Counted from the first letter of the stretch, positions 1 through 9,547 are shown. The stretch is 46,297 bases of DNA from a virus (IMGVR_UViG_3300005758_000030:1-46297), one strand, 5' to 3'. Program-made: numbers and translations. Notes: generated from the letters alone by a model not told the origin.

Positions 1-453
1 AAAACAGGTAGTGATGGTACAGGTGATATTGGCCAAAGCGGCAATAAATTTGGCACAATTTATGCTACTACATTTAGCGGTACAGCCACAACAGCACGCT
101 ATGCTGACTTGGCAGAAAAATATCTACCGGACGCTGTATATGATCCAGGTACGGTTGTATCTGTGGGTGGCGTTGCTGAAATTACAGCCTGCGATGTTAA
201 TGATCATCCAATTGGTGTAATTTCTACATCACCTGCTTACATGATGAATAGTGAATTAGACGGCGGCATTTATGTTGCACTAAAAGGTCGTGTACCAGTT
301 AAAGTATACGGCGAAATTAAGAAGGGCGATAAACTAGTAGCAGGCTTAAACGGTCACGCTAAAGTTAAAGACGGTGCAGAACATGTTTTTGCTATCGCTT
401 TGAGCAATAAAGATGATAACGGCGCTGGCACTGTGGAAGCAGTAATACTATAA
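1..453 (+). CDS. Tail fibre/virion protein, C-terminal fragment with peptidase G2-like intramolecular chaperone (auto-cleavage) domain; 5' end outside window
   Basis: Frame open from base 1 (KTGSDGTGDIGQSGNKFGTIYATTFSGTATTARYADLAEKY...). The ADLAEKY...PGTVV...GVIST.PAY.MN...VALKGRVPVKV.G.IKKGD.LV signature is typical of phage fibre C-terminal chaperone domains. Confidence 0.8.
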   Translation, partial: KTGSDGTGDIGQSGNKFGTIYATTFSGTATTARYADLAEKYLPDAVYDPGTVVSVGGVAEITACDVNDHPIGVISTSPAYMMNSELDGGIYVALKGRVPVKVYGEIKKGDKLVAGLNGHAKVKDGAEHVFAIALSNKDDNGAGTVEAVIL

Positions 454-456
454 ATA
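449..456 (+). promoter_or_regulatory. T4-type late promoter TATAAATA
   Basis: Exact T4 gp55 consensus, upstream of the AGGAGA RBS and ATG 482. Confidence 0.75.
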
Positions 457-481
457 AATTATAAGGTTTTAGGAGAAAGCT

Positions 482-1528
482 ATGCCATCAGGCGCAACAG
501 TCACAATAACAGGCGGTACGAATATGACACAGGTCGTAGCTGGTACCGATACAATCCAACCAGTTGATTTTAACAATGCTAGAACCAATGTTAATAATCT
601 GCTTGGAACAGCACAAGATGTTACATTGGGTACTTATACTGCGTCTAGCACTTTTGGCTACACCCAGGGCGGTACTGCATTAACTGCCGCAAGCACAGGC
701 GGCTTAGTTTATGCAGATAATGCTACAGGTGGTTTTAAGCGACTACAGGACGAAGTACAGTCATTATGTGCATTTTTAGGTCAGGCATTAAGAACTGGGG
801 TTGGTTCGGACGTTACAACAAGCGATACCGTTTCAGCAACTACTTGGAACAACTTAATGTTAAACATTAAGGATTGTTGGGACAACAGATTTAGTCCCGC
901 CTCTAGAACTACATCAACACCTAGCTCAGTAACTAGAACTACCGCATGGACTAGCTCACTATCAGAAGAAACAACATTTACTTGGGCAAGTGAAGGCGCT
1001 TGCCGCGGATACTTTAACGCCGGCGGCAGAATTGGATTTAGCTCAAGTAGAACAGGCGGTTCTGCTACAACACAGAACTCTAACTGGGCAACATTGCTTA
1101 GTGCTATGGCTGATGTGTTTTTAACACATGACGATACTATATGCACAGGTTCAACAGGTACTATTGCTGGTATTGGTTTTTATGAATTAACTACAGCATA
1201 TCAACAGTTGTATATCAAATACGGTTCTGGTGCATATGCTTCAAACTTCTTTAGAGTTGAGGGTAAAGTTGATAGCACTACAAATCCAACCGTAGTAACA
1301 CTAAGAGCAACATGGAGCGACCCATATACAGCAGCAGCCGCGGCCGCAGCTGACGGTGCTATTGGTCCTGACGGCGTTCCAAGTTCCGGTGACGAAACAA
1401 GCGGATACACCGACAGCATCGACGGCACACTAACTCTAAATTCAAGAAGAGCATTACCTGATGCAAACGGATCAACTATTTCCGTTACTGCTCCAACAAT
1501 TTCAATGGGCGCAATTAGCGGTTCATAA
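482..1528 (+). CDS. Putative virion structural protein (Ser/Thr/Gly/Ala-rich)
   Basis: 348 aa, very S/T/G/A-rich, late promoter, follows the tail fibre gene, followed by a terminator. Confidence 0.65.
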   Translation: MPSGATVTITGGTNMTQVVAGTDTIQPVDFNNARTNVNNLLGTAQDVTLGTYTASSTFGYTQGGTALTAASTGGLVYADNATGGFKRLQDEVQSLCAFLGQALRTGVGSDVTTSDTVSATTWNNLMLNIKDCWDNRFSPASRTTSTPSSVTRTTAWTSSLSEETTFTWASEGACRGYFNAGGRIGFSSSRTGGSATTQNSNWATLLSAMADVFLTHDDTICTGSTGTIAGIGFYELTTAYQQLYIKYGSGAYASNFFRVEGKVDSTTNPTVVTLRATWSDPYTAAAAAAADGAIGPDGVPSSGDETSGYTDSIDGTLTLNSRRALPDANGSTISVTAPTISMGAISGS

Positions 1529-1546
1529 TAGAAATTAAATAAAAAG

Positions 1547-1577
1547 AAAAAGCCAGTTTTTTAACTGGCTTTTTTTT
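1547..1577 (+). terminator. Intrinsic terminator (possibly bidirectional)
   Basis: AAAAAGCCAGTT-TTTT-AACTGGCTTTTTTTT hairpin with T tract. Confidence 0.8.
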
Positions 1578-1629
1578 GTTCTTGTAAATATAACGAAGAT
1601 TTGTAAAAAATAATAGGAGTGAATACTTT

Positions 1630-1833
1630 ATGAAGTCATTTGCAATCGTTTCAGCTTTAGCTCTTTCATTGGCTCTTACTGCTTGCGGTAAGAAGGAAGA
1701 AGTTGTAGAAGCTGCACCAGCCGAAACTGCTACTACTGAAGCTGCACCAGCCGAAGCTACTGTCGCAGTAGAAGCTGCACCAGCCGATGCTACTGTTGCT
1801 GCTGAAGCTGCACCAGCTGCTGATTCTAAGTAA
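1630..1833 (+). CDS. Small lipoprotein with Ala/Pro/Glu/Thr tandem repeats
   Basis: Signal peptide II with lipobox LTA-C (MKSFAIVSALALSLALTAC), four EAAPA repeats, AGGAG RBS, TAAATA at 1585-1590. Confidence 0.8.
   Translation: MKSFAIVSALALSLALTACGKKEEVVEAAPAETATTEAAPAEATVAVEAAPADATVAAEAAPAADSK
1708..1817 (+). repeat. Coding tandem repeat, 4 x GAAGCTGCACCAGC
   Basis: Exact 14-mer at 1708, 1738, 1771 and 1804 (30/33/33-nt spacing), in frame. Confidence 0.9.
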
Positions 1834-1857
1834 TTTTTCTAAAATCTTAGAAAGAAG

Positions 1858-1888
1858 AGCCAGTATTTAATTATACTGGCTTTTTTTT
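1858..1888 (+). terminator. Intrinsic terminator
   Basis: AGCCAGTA-N8-TACTGGCT followed by a T run. Confidence 0.8.
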
Positions 1889-1903
1889 ATCTTAAATAAA
1901 TTT

Positions 1904-2263
1904 ATGAGCACACGACTAGAAAAAGCCCTAGAGTTTTCAAATTATAGAACATCTCTCAACAATCAACAAGCACAGTTGCGAGCTAAGACACAGAGCTTGT
2001 TAAGTTATAGTGTTAATGGTGGTACTTTTACTATCGACACTACACTGATTAACTTTTGTAAGTTTTTACTTGACTCAAACAAAGAAACAGCTATTCTTTT
2101 AGATGTCTATGATAATCCCGTGCAAGTAGAGGTTAAACCGTTTTATGAAGAAATACTAAGCCGCTACTTTGAGGTTACAAACGACTATTATGCTGAGTAT
2201 GAAAAATTACGCAAAGCTCGAAAAGTACACAAGGTTTTAGATCTCAATGAAAAAGGAGAATAG
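1904..2263 (+). CDS. Hypothetical phage protein, first gene of the glycosylation block
   Basis: 119-aa ORF with TAAATA at 1893-1898 just upstream; overlaps the next gene. Confidence 0.7.
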   Translation: MSTRLEKALEFSNYRTSLNNQQAQLRAKTQSLLSYSVNGGTFTIDTTLINFCKFLLDSNKETAILLDVYDNPVQVEVKPFYEEILSRYFEVTNDYYAEYEKLRKARKVHKVLDLNEKGE

Positions 2264-3152
2264 TCGCGGCTTCATTATGTTTGCTCATAATAACGCCGAG
2301 ATTGATTATTTTAAACTTGCGGTTATTAACAGCTTACTAATACAAAAGCACCTAGGTATAAAAAATATTACTGTTGTTACAGACCCTCATAGTTATGAAT
2401 TTGCAAAAAATTCTTTAGGCGAAGATCTAATTAATTCTGCAATTAACAACTTAATTGTAGTTGAAAAAGATAAGCAGTTTAAATCTCAAAACATCAGAGT
2501 TTTTAAAGATACAAGCCACACAGCTAAACAATTGCCATTTTATAATATAAATCGCTGTGATGCTTATGAACTAAGTCCATATGATGAAACTATATTGCTA
2601 GATGTAGATTATCTTATTTTAAGCGATACATTAAATCAGTGCTGGGGTCATAACGAAGAACTGATGATGAATTGGCGTTATCAGGACATTATGTTTGAGC
2701 GCAAAGATTATACTTTAGATAGACTAAATCCGTTTGGTATTACTATGTACTGGGCAACTGTTGTATATTTTAGAAAGTCTGCATATACAGAAACATTTTT
2801 TAATTTAGTCAAGCATGTGAAAAATAATGTTGCATACTATAAAGATTTGTATAGATGGCCCGGTAATTTGTATAGAAACGATTACAGTTTTAGTATTGCT
2901 GCACATGTTATCAGCGGGTGTGTTGACAAAGGTATACCGCAACTGCCTACGACACTATATAAAACATTTGACACAGATGATATACATAAAGCTATAGATG
3001 AAAAAACACTAATCATGTATTTAGAAAAGCCTCGCAGTCCTGGAGACTTTATACTAACTAAATGGAGTGGTGTAGATTTGCATGTTATGAATAAATGGGC
3101 AATAAACAGAATAAGCGAGGAAATGTTAGATCATGTTAGAAACAATTTGTGA
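2247..3152 (+). CDS. GT-A fold glycosyltransferase-like protein
   Basis: SPYDETILLDVD (DxD) motif and WATVVYF; paralog of 3935-4798. Confidence 0.7.
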   Translation: MKKENSRGFIMFAHNNAEIDYFKLAVINSLLIQKHLGIKNITVVTDPHSYEFAKNSLGEDLINSAINNLIVVEKDKQFKSQNIRVFKDTSHTAKQLPFYNINRCDAYELSPYDETILLDVDYLILSDTLNQCWGHNEELMMNWRYQDIMFERKDYTLDRLNPFGITMYWATVVYFRKSAYTETFFNLVKHVKNNVAYYKDLYRWPGNLYRNDYSFSIAAHVISGCVDKGIPQLPTTLYKTFDTDDIHKAIDEKTLIMYLEKPRSPGDFILTKWSGVDLHVMNKWAINRISEEMLDHVRNNL

Positions 3153-3765
3153 TACACTAGTAGAAGCATATAAGCGCAACTGGATTACCAGTCGCGACGG
3201 CAATGTAAGTATTCGTCACCATGACCGTAATCATTTTTATATTACGCCCAGCGGTGTGCGTAAACAAACTCTACAGCCCGATCAATTTAAGAAGATTGGG
3301 CTAATGAATACCGGCACCGAAACAATCTGCAAAATTCTACCGTATACTTCTATCTCTAGCGAGTTGCAACCAAGCGGTGAAATTCCTCTGCACTTTGGTT
3401 TACAAAAAGAATTGGGACAACACAAAGACGATGTACGAGTAGTTATGCACTTGCACCCTACATATTGTGTAGCCGCCATGCACGCCGGCATTGAACTAAG
3501 TGAACTAGTAAAAGACTTTCCAGAGCTAGGACGTTATACACGAGTAGCACCTAATGTACCAGACGTTCCTCCCATCAGCGAAGAACTAGCAATCAAGTGT
3601 CACGAAAACTTACAGCTTGACAAAGATGGTTACATTGCATATGACATTGTAGGCATAAAAGGACACGGAGTTGTCGCTATCGATACTAGTCCTTGGCGTG
3701 CTATGGAACACATTGAACGCTTAGAGCATATTTGTAAAATTGTATTATCAAGCGGTGTAAAGTGA
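3133..3765 (+). CDS. Class II aldolase/adducin family protein
   Basis: DGNVS.R, ITPSG, PSGE..LH, HLHPTY and KGHGV motifs (Zn-binding His set). Confidence 0.9.
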   Translation: MLETICDTLVEAYKRNWITSRDGNVSIRHHDRNHFYITPSGVRKQTLQPDQFKKIGLMNTGTETICKILPYTSISSELQPSGEIPLHFGLQKELGQHKDDVRVVMHLHPTYCVAAMHAGIELSELVKDFPELGRYTRVAPNVPDVPPISEELAIKCHENLQLDKDGYIAYDIVGIKGHGVVAIDTSPWRAMEHIERLEHICKIVLSSGVK

Positions 3766-3938
3766 AATACAAAACTAAGTGGAACAGTTTAAGTGATTTT
3801 AAAAGTTTTTTAGAAAAAGAAACTAAAGAAGAAATAATCAGTTTCAACGGATACGAACTAGTAACTAAAAAAGCCAAATACAGTTTAGCGTTTGGGCAAT
3901 TACTGATAGAAGAAAAAAGTAAGAAGAAGAAAAAATGA
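3762..3938 (+). CDS. Small basic hypothetical protein (58 aa, not in ORF track)
   Basis: GTG start overlaps the aldolase stop (GTGA) and its stop overlaps the next ATG (ATGA): MKYKTKWNSLSDFKSFLEKETKEEIISFNGYELVTKKAKYSLAFGQLLIEEKSKKKKK. Confidence 0.7.
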   Translation: MKYKTKWNSLSDFKSFLEKETKEEIISFNGYELVTKKAKYSLAFGQLLIEEKSKKKKK

Positions 3939-4798
3939 GTCGAGGTTATATTGTTATTGCACAAAATACTAAGTCTGTTGATTATCTTCAGCAGGCATAT
4001 GCTCTTGCACTTAACTTAAAACTTACTCAAAGCACAATTAATAATTTAACAGTATGTGTTGACTCTACCACAAAGAAATTAATTACAAGTAAGCACAAAA
4101 AAGTTTTTGATCACATTGTAGATATTCCATGGAACGACGAGGCTGAACAAGCAGATTGGAAAATTAATAACAAGTGGAAATACTTGTATATGACTCCGTA
4201 TGACGAAACAGTAATACTTGATACTGACATGATATTTCCATCAGACGTAAGTCACTGGTGGGATATTCTAGCACAACGTGACGTATGGGCTACTACTAAA
4301 GTTCGTACATACAAAGGTGAAATTGTCAATAGTGACTATTATAGAAAATATTTCACACTCAACAATTTACCAAATGTATATACAGCGTTTTTCTATTTTA
4401 AAAAATCTGAACTAGCCAGCGAACTTTTTGCCATGAACGAAATCATATTCCAAAATTGGCAAAGATTCTTTTTTAAATATATGCCCAAAGGGAAACCAGA
4501 CTTTCTCAGCGGTGACGTGGCATTTGCGCTAGCTATGAAGATACTTGGCATTGAGCATGAATGTACTCGAGAAAACATCGATGCTGTACCTACATTTGTT
4601 CATATGAAAAGTCATATTCAAAATGTACCAACTAGCTTGATTGATGAAAATTGGACTAACACACTTCCTACTTATTATAGAAGCTACAGCGATTTTCATA
4701 TCGGTAATTTTGCACAACAACTACCGTTTCACTATGTCGAGAAAGATTGGCTTACACCTAACATGATAAAACAAATGGAAAAAGATTATGGTATCTGA
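3935..4798 (+). CDS. GT-A fold glycosyltransferase-like protein
   Basis: TPYDETVILDTD (DxD), LPNVY..FFYFKK, FVHMK; paralog of 2247-3152. Confidence 0.7.
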   Translation: MSRGYIVIAQNTKSVDYLQQAYALALNLKLTQSTINNLTVCVDSTTKKLITSKHKKVFDHIVDIPWNDEAEQADWKINNKWKYLYMTPYDETVILDTDMIFPSDVSHWWDILAQRDVWATTKVRTYKGEIVNSDYYRKYFTLNNLPNVYTAFFYFKKSELASELFAMNEIIFQNWQRFFFKYMPKGKPDFLSGDVAFALAMKILGIEHECTRENIDAVPTFVHMKSHIQNVPTSLIDENWTNTLPTYYRSYSDFHIGNFAQQLPFHYVEKDWLTPNMIKQMEKDYGI

Positions 4799-5438
4799 AG
4801 CAGAAGAGCGGCGTCTTAAATTTTTAGAGGCTAAAAAAGCAGCAGGCGGTTCAGCTAAAGACTTGATGAGACAAGTTGAATCTAGACCTTATACAGTATA
4901 TTTTGATGATGCTGGAAGTATTTTATGTGTAACTAAGGAAGAAGTTACCCCAGAACCATCATGGACTAATAGTCACGAATTCACATGGGAACAGGTAAGA
5001 ATATTAGAAGGTAAAAATATTAATCTCTTTTATGTTAAGAAAGATCAGTTTGTAGATAATCTATACAGTATTGAATCCAAACCTACTGAAAAAGTTCATG
5101 TTAGTGCAGACAATGATTTTCTTTATTTGATTCCAGAAAATGTAACTAATGCGGATATAAGTTGTTCATTATCACCCACTGAGTTTACTGTTACCCTCAG
5201 TGAAAACATACTTGAAAAATATTCCAAAATTGACAAAAGTCAGATAGCAATCAACGGTAAAAAAATATTAAAGTTTTTTCTTACAGCTAAAAACAACCCG
5301 CATTTTATGCTCACTACAATATCAGTAGCATTGCCAAATTTAGTTGAAAAGAAAACAATTAATTTTAGCTTGCCCGATGACTATAGCCAATGTAGCATCT
5401 ATACCTCAAAAGTGTTTGATAAATATGTGCGTACTTAA
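4788..5438 (+). CDS. Hypothetical protein
   Basis: 216-aa ORF overlapping the upstream GT gene; no motif recognised. Confidence 0.7.
   Translation: MVSEAEERRLKFLEAKKAAGGSAKDLMRQVESRPYTVYFDDAGSILCVTKEEVTPEPSWTNSHEFTWEQVRILEGKNINLFYVKKDQFVDNLYSIESKPTEKVHVSADNDFLYLIPENVTNADISCSLSPTEFTVTLSENILEKYSKIDKSQIAINGKKILKFFLTAKNNPHFMLTTISVALPNLVEKKTINFSLPDDYSQCSIYTSKVFDKYVRT
5418..5425 (+). promoter_or_regulatory. Late promoter-like GATAAATA
   Basis: ATAAATA core about 30 nt upstream of ATG 5454. Confidence 0.5.
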
Positions 5439-5453
5439 TCACAGGACACACAT

Positions 5454-6452
5454 ATGGCTAAAATTGATGTTACTGAACTAGACATCTTCTATATCTCTTA
5501 TGATGAGCCCAATGCGGAAGAAAATTGGGCAGACTTGCTGAACAAAGTGCCATGGGCTAAACGTGTACACGGTGTTAAAGGCTTTGATGCAGCGCACAAA
5601 GAAGCAGCACGCCAAAGTGAAACTGAACGCTTTATCACTGTAGACGGTGATAACATTGTTATGGATGACTTCTTTGAACAAGTACTTGATGTACCCGACA
5701 CAGACCACGACGGCAATGATATTAGCCAGAGTATCTTTAGCTGGAACGCTAAAAACTTGCTTAACGGCTTAGTATACGGCAACGGTGGACTCAAGTGCTG
5801 GCCCAAAGAGTATGCACTACAGATGAACACACACGAATCTGCAGATGACGGCGAGGGTATGGAGTTCTGCTGGAAGCTAAACTACATTCAGCTTAACGAT
5901 ACATTCAGCGAAGTACATCAAACAGCTAGCCCATTCCAAGCATTCCGTGCAGGATTCCGCGAAGGCGTTAAGATGAGCCTTGATCAAGGCAAGCGTGTTC
6001 GTGCTGATGAATTTATACAAAAGATTTGGTGGCAGAACTATAATCGTTTACAAACATGGTGTAACATTGGCAGCGATGTTGAGAACGGCCTTTGGGCAAT
6101 CTATGGTGCTAGACTAGGCTGTCAAAAAACTGTGTTAACAGACTGGGACACTAATCAAATTTCAGATTACGAATGGTTCAAAGACTTTTTCAACAAAGAA
6201 GTAGCACCTCAGTTTGCAGGTGATACTGTTTGTCGTTATACCAAAGTTGCCTGGAGCAAGGAAAAACTATATGATGCAATTTGTGCGCTGGGGCAAGAAC
6301 TAAACAACGGTATTAACGAAATGATGTTGTTTGATCCGGATCCTAAAATGTGCAAGTTCTTTAAAAAGACATTTGTAAATCCTCGACGATGGGGAGTTAT
6401 GATTCGTGAAAAGCAAATTCAAGACCTTCTAGAAAAGGGTCTATTGCGATGA
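5454..6452 (+). CDS. GT-A fold glycosyltransferase-like protein
   Basis: ISYDEP...VHGVKGFDAAHK.AA...FITVDGDN...YGNGGLKCW...AFRAGFREGVKM; similar to the last repeat plus tail of the 1100-aa protein. Confidence 0.7.
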   Translation: MAKIDVTELDIFYISYDEPNAEENWADLLNKVPWAKRVHGVKGFDAAHKEAARQSETERFITVDGDNIVMDDFFEQVLDVPDTDHDGNDISQSIFSWNAKNLLNGLVYGNGGLKCWPKEYALQMNTHESADDGEGMEFCWKLNYIQLNDTFSEVHQTASPFQAFRAGFREGVKMSLDQGKRVRADEFIQKIWWQNYNRLQTWCNIGSDVENGLWAIYGARLGCQKTVLTDWDTNQISDYEWFKDFFNKEVAPQFAGDTVCRYTKVAWSKEKLYDAICALGQELNNGINEMMLFDPDPKMCKFFKKTFVNPRRWGVMIREKQIQDLLEKGLLR

Positions 6453-7282
6453 GTCTTAAGCGTCTGATGGTATATGGTTGCAGCTTTAGTCAGGAATCTG
6501 TTGATACAAAAACAAATTATGCAACCCTAGCAGGTCAAAAGCTAGATTATAACCAAATCGTTTTAAATGGCATAGGTGCATATTCTAACCAACAAATTTC
6601 AAATAGAATTATTTTTGATATTCAGCAACAAGCATTAGAACCAGATGATCATATTTTAATACAACAAACATCACAGTGGCGTAAGACAATTGGCGATGCT
6701 AGGTTTAACGGTGTTACTATGGATACTATTGACGCTGTTGATTATAATAATGTAAGATATTCCAACGACGAATTTCTCAGAGAAATTCTAAATAGCAAAA
6801 CAGCATTGCATTGGTATCATAGTTCTCCACAATATAAAGTTTGGACAAGTGATTTTTCTCTAGATCCCTCAATTACTTCAACCGTTAGAAAGTCCATTTC
6901 TGAATGGGATTTGATGCTAACGAATTTATGCTTTCTATCTGCAACATTATCTGCATTAAGCATAAAATTTCCTGCTTGTAAAATTTTCGTAATGCCGTTT
7001 GTACCGTTAACAAAGGCTTCATACGATAAGCTAGTAACAGATGTCAATGGCCATCAACTACTGGGTTTACTATACAACGAATGGTCAACAGGCATTGACA
7101 CAAATCGAAATCATATCTTAACTGTTAATCCGATGAACTACTATTATAATAATCCCAAGTATTGGGATCAAAATAATAAAAAGAATTTTAGAAAAGCTGA
7201 CCACGGCACGGACGAATTTCATAGCAACTTTGCCGATTTACTGTACGAGCAAATGAAACCATTTTATGACAAGTCATTATGA
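6449..7282 (+). CDS. SGNH/GDSL hydrolase-like protein (1)
   Basis: Block I YGCSFS, block II G..SN, C-terminal ADH. Confidence 0.55.
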   Translation: MSLKRLMVYGCSFSQESVDTKTNYATLAGQKLDYNQIVLNGIGAYSNQQISNRIIFDIQQQALEPDDHILIQQTSQWRKTIGDARFNGVTMDTIDAVDYNNVRYSNDEFLREILNSKTALHWYHSSPQYKVWTSDFSLDPSITSTVRKSISEWDLMLTNLCFLSATLSALSIKFPACKIFVMPFVPLTKASYDKLVTDVNGHQLLGLLYNEWSTGIDTNRNHILTVNPMNYYYNNPKYWDQNNKKNFRKADHGTDEFHSNFADLLYEQMKPFYDKSL

Positions 7283-8801
7283 AGCAGCAGCTGATGCTGC
7301 ACAACAAGAACTAGATGCTATTAGCCCTACTATGTGTTATGCAAAATGGGCGCAGGTATCTATGCATCTTACTAACGGCATGACACACAGTTGCTATCAC
7401 CCGCCAACACATAAGATTCCATTAGAAGAACTCGCAGCCAATCCCAGTGCATTACACAATACCTTAGAGAAGAAAGAACAACGACGTGAAATGCTAGATG
7501 GTAAAAGACCGGCTGGTTGTAGCTATTGCTGGCGCATTGAAGATGTCGGCGGTCGCAGCGACCGTGTATATCGCAGCGGTGAGTATTGGGCACAAAATGC
7601 CAAAGAAGATATTAAGGCTGCTGGTTGGCAAGGTAATATCAATCCGCGCTATGTAGAAGTTAACTTTAATCAGGCTTGTAACTTCAAGTGTAGCTATTGC
7701 AGTCCGCACCTTAGTACTAGTTGGCATCAAGAAATCAAAGACCATGGTCCATATCAGATTGTAGACGGTGAACATAACAACACAGAAAGTTTAGCTCGCG
7801 CCGGACTGATGCCGTTGCGTGTAGCACAGGATGAGAATCCATACGTGGAAGCATTTTGGAAATGGTGGCCCGAACTATACAAGAACCTAGAAGTGTTTCG
7901 TATGACCGGTGGTGAGCCACTAATGGATGTAAACACCTTTAAGGTACTGGATTATGTATACGCTAATCCTAACGCATGGTTAGAGATGAGTGTAACATCA
8001 AACATGTGTCCACCTAAGCCACAGCTAATGGATAAGTTTATTGAATCGCTACAGCGTTTAGAACAGATTCAAATTTGGGAAGATCCACAGAAGTTTAATC
8101 CAAACAGTGGGAACAACTGGTATGTAGCACCAGCTTGTAAGAACTTTGCTGTATTTGTTAGCTGTGATGGTTATGGTAAGCAAGCAGAGTATATGCGTAA
8201 TGGCATGGACTTTGATGTGCTAAAGAAGAATGTGTTGCGTGTACTACGTGAAACAGATAACACTACTATTACATTTATTAACACATTTAATGCTCTTAGC
8301 TTAACCAGCTTCCGCGAATGGCTACAGTTTATTTTAGAGCTCCGCGAAGAATTTGCCAAAGACCGTCAAGGTACAAAATATGTACCTATCCCTGATAATG
8401 GCGGGCATAAGCACCCAGACTATGAGATTAAACCAAAGCAGCGTATTTGGTTTGATATTCCTTTACTTCGCGCACCACTATGGCAATGTATACAAGTAAT
8501 GCCCGAATGGTATCAGGATTATCTCGAGGAAGCTATTGCTTTCATGGAGATCAATAGAGCTAATGAAGATAACATAGATTATAGAGGATTTAAGGATTTT
8601 GAAATTGACAAAGCTAAAAGAAATCTAGAATGGATGAAAGCAGGCAATAAATTATCCGAAAGAGATAAAACAGTTGCCCGTGCAAATTTTTACAAGTTCT
8701 TTACGCAGCATGACCAGCGTAGAGGCACAGACTTTTTATCAGTGTTCCCAGAAATGGAAGACTGGTGGCATATATGTCAGGGAGCGAATGCACTATTATG
8801 A
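7266..8801 (+). CDS. Radical SAM protein with N-terminal twitch Fe-S domain (1)
   Basis: CNFKCSYC motif and TGGEP; N-terminal CYAKW...SCYH...CSYCW. Confidence 0.9.
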   Translation: MTSHYEAAADAAQQELDAISPTMCYAKWAQVSMHLTNGMTHSCYHPPTHKIPLEELAANPSALHNTLEKKEQRREMLDGKRPAGCSYCWRIEDVGGRSDRVYRSGEYWAQNAKEDIKAAGWQGNINPRYVEVNFNQACNFKCSYCSPHLSTSWHQEIKDHGPYQIVDGEHNNTESLARAGLMPLRVAQDENPYVEAFWKWWPELYKNLEVFRMTGGEPLMDVNTFKVLDYVYANPNAWLEMSVTSNMCPPKPQLMDKFIESLQRLEQIQIWEDPQKFNPNSGNNWYVAPACKNFAVFVSCDGYGKQAEYMRNGMDFDVLKKNVLRVLRETDNTTITFINTFNALSLTSFREWLQFILELREEFAKDRQGTKYVPIPDNGGHKHPDYEIKPKQRIWFDIPLLRAPLWQCIQVMPEWYQDYLEEAIAFMEINRANEDNIDYRGFKDFEIDKAKRNLEWMKAGNKLSERDKTVARANFYKFFTQHDQRRGTDFLSVFPEMEDWWHICQGANALL

Positions 8802-9547
8802 CAACCCCTAAAATCATTTTTATGGGCGATAGTTTAACAGCAGAAAGCCCATATGGAGAACAAAAAAGCTGGACTAAAAAGCTATGTGAGGAGGCTGGAT
8901 ATTCCTATAAAAATTTAGGCGTATCTGCGGGCAATAATAAAACACAAGTAATCAAGCTACAACATTATTTACTAAGCGATGAGTATGATAAAAATGATAT
9001 CTTCTTTTGGGAAATAAATGCTAGTGGTAGGGTAAATGTATTAATAAATCGAAAACAAAAGATTGGTGATAAAACATTAGAGGATGCTGTTAATACAACT
9101 CGAGAATCAGAATTTGGTGAACACATTACTGATGTAAGAAATATTTTTGGAAATGATAATTACGGTATGATACTTTGTCATCCAAAACTAAATCTATATA
9201 GAAGATTTGTTGATCCTTATGATTTACAAAATGTTGAAGAATATATGCTACAAGAAGTATTAGCACACATCAAACTATTATCACAAGCAGGGCATACTGT
9301 TATTGTAGTGTTGGGATGGCGCGATTGTTTAGCTGAAAATCATAAAGAAGTTTTCTTTCAACAATTAAATAAGACTAGCGCACACATAATAGATGCAGAA
9401 ATTCTTGAATGGTGTACTAGCCAAAATTTACCAATGGGCCTCGATAATATGCACCCCGATCAACTAGGTGCTACATTAATATGGGCTAAAACGCATCTAT
9501 TACCAATACTAGAGAAAACAAAACAGAGGACACACAATGGGACGTAA
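8798..9547 (+). CDS. SGNH/GDSL hydrolase-like protein (2)
   Basis: MGDSLT, NLGVSAGNN, DNMHP; start moved to the ATGA overlap at 8798. Confidence 0.7.
   Translation: MTTPKIIFMGDSLTAESPYGEQKSWTKKLCEEAGYSYKNLGVSAGNNKTQVIKLQHYLLSDEYDKNDIFFWEINASGRVNVLINRKQKIGDKTLEDAVNTTRESEFGEHITDVRNIFGNDNYGMILCHPKLNLYRRFVDPYDLQNVEEYMLQEVLAHIKLLSQAGHTVIVVLGWRDCLAENHKEVFFQQLNKTSAHIIDAEILEWCTSQNLPMGLDNMHPDQLGATLIWAKTHLLPILEKTKQRTHNGT

Noticed and set aside
781-1428. Antisense ORFs such as 781-1146 and 1201-1428, and similar shadow ORFs throughout the track
   Set aside because: They lie entirely opposite or inside well-supported genes and lack an RBS or recognisable motifs.
1708-1817. Regularly spaced 14-bp repeats as a mini CRISPR array
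   Set aside because: The repeats are in frame within a lipoprotein, the spacers are 16-19 nt and similar to each other, and no cas genes are present.
1630-1833. Repeat peptide as a RiPP precursor for the radical SAM enzymes
   Set aside because: It has a clear lipoprotein signal and lipobox, no Cys or aromatic core residues, and no RRE, peptidase or transporter nearby.
3701-3964. Minus-strand 87-aa ORF
   Set aside because: A plus-strand 58-aa ORF (3762-3938) coupled to both neighbours explains the gap better.
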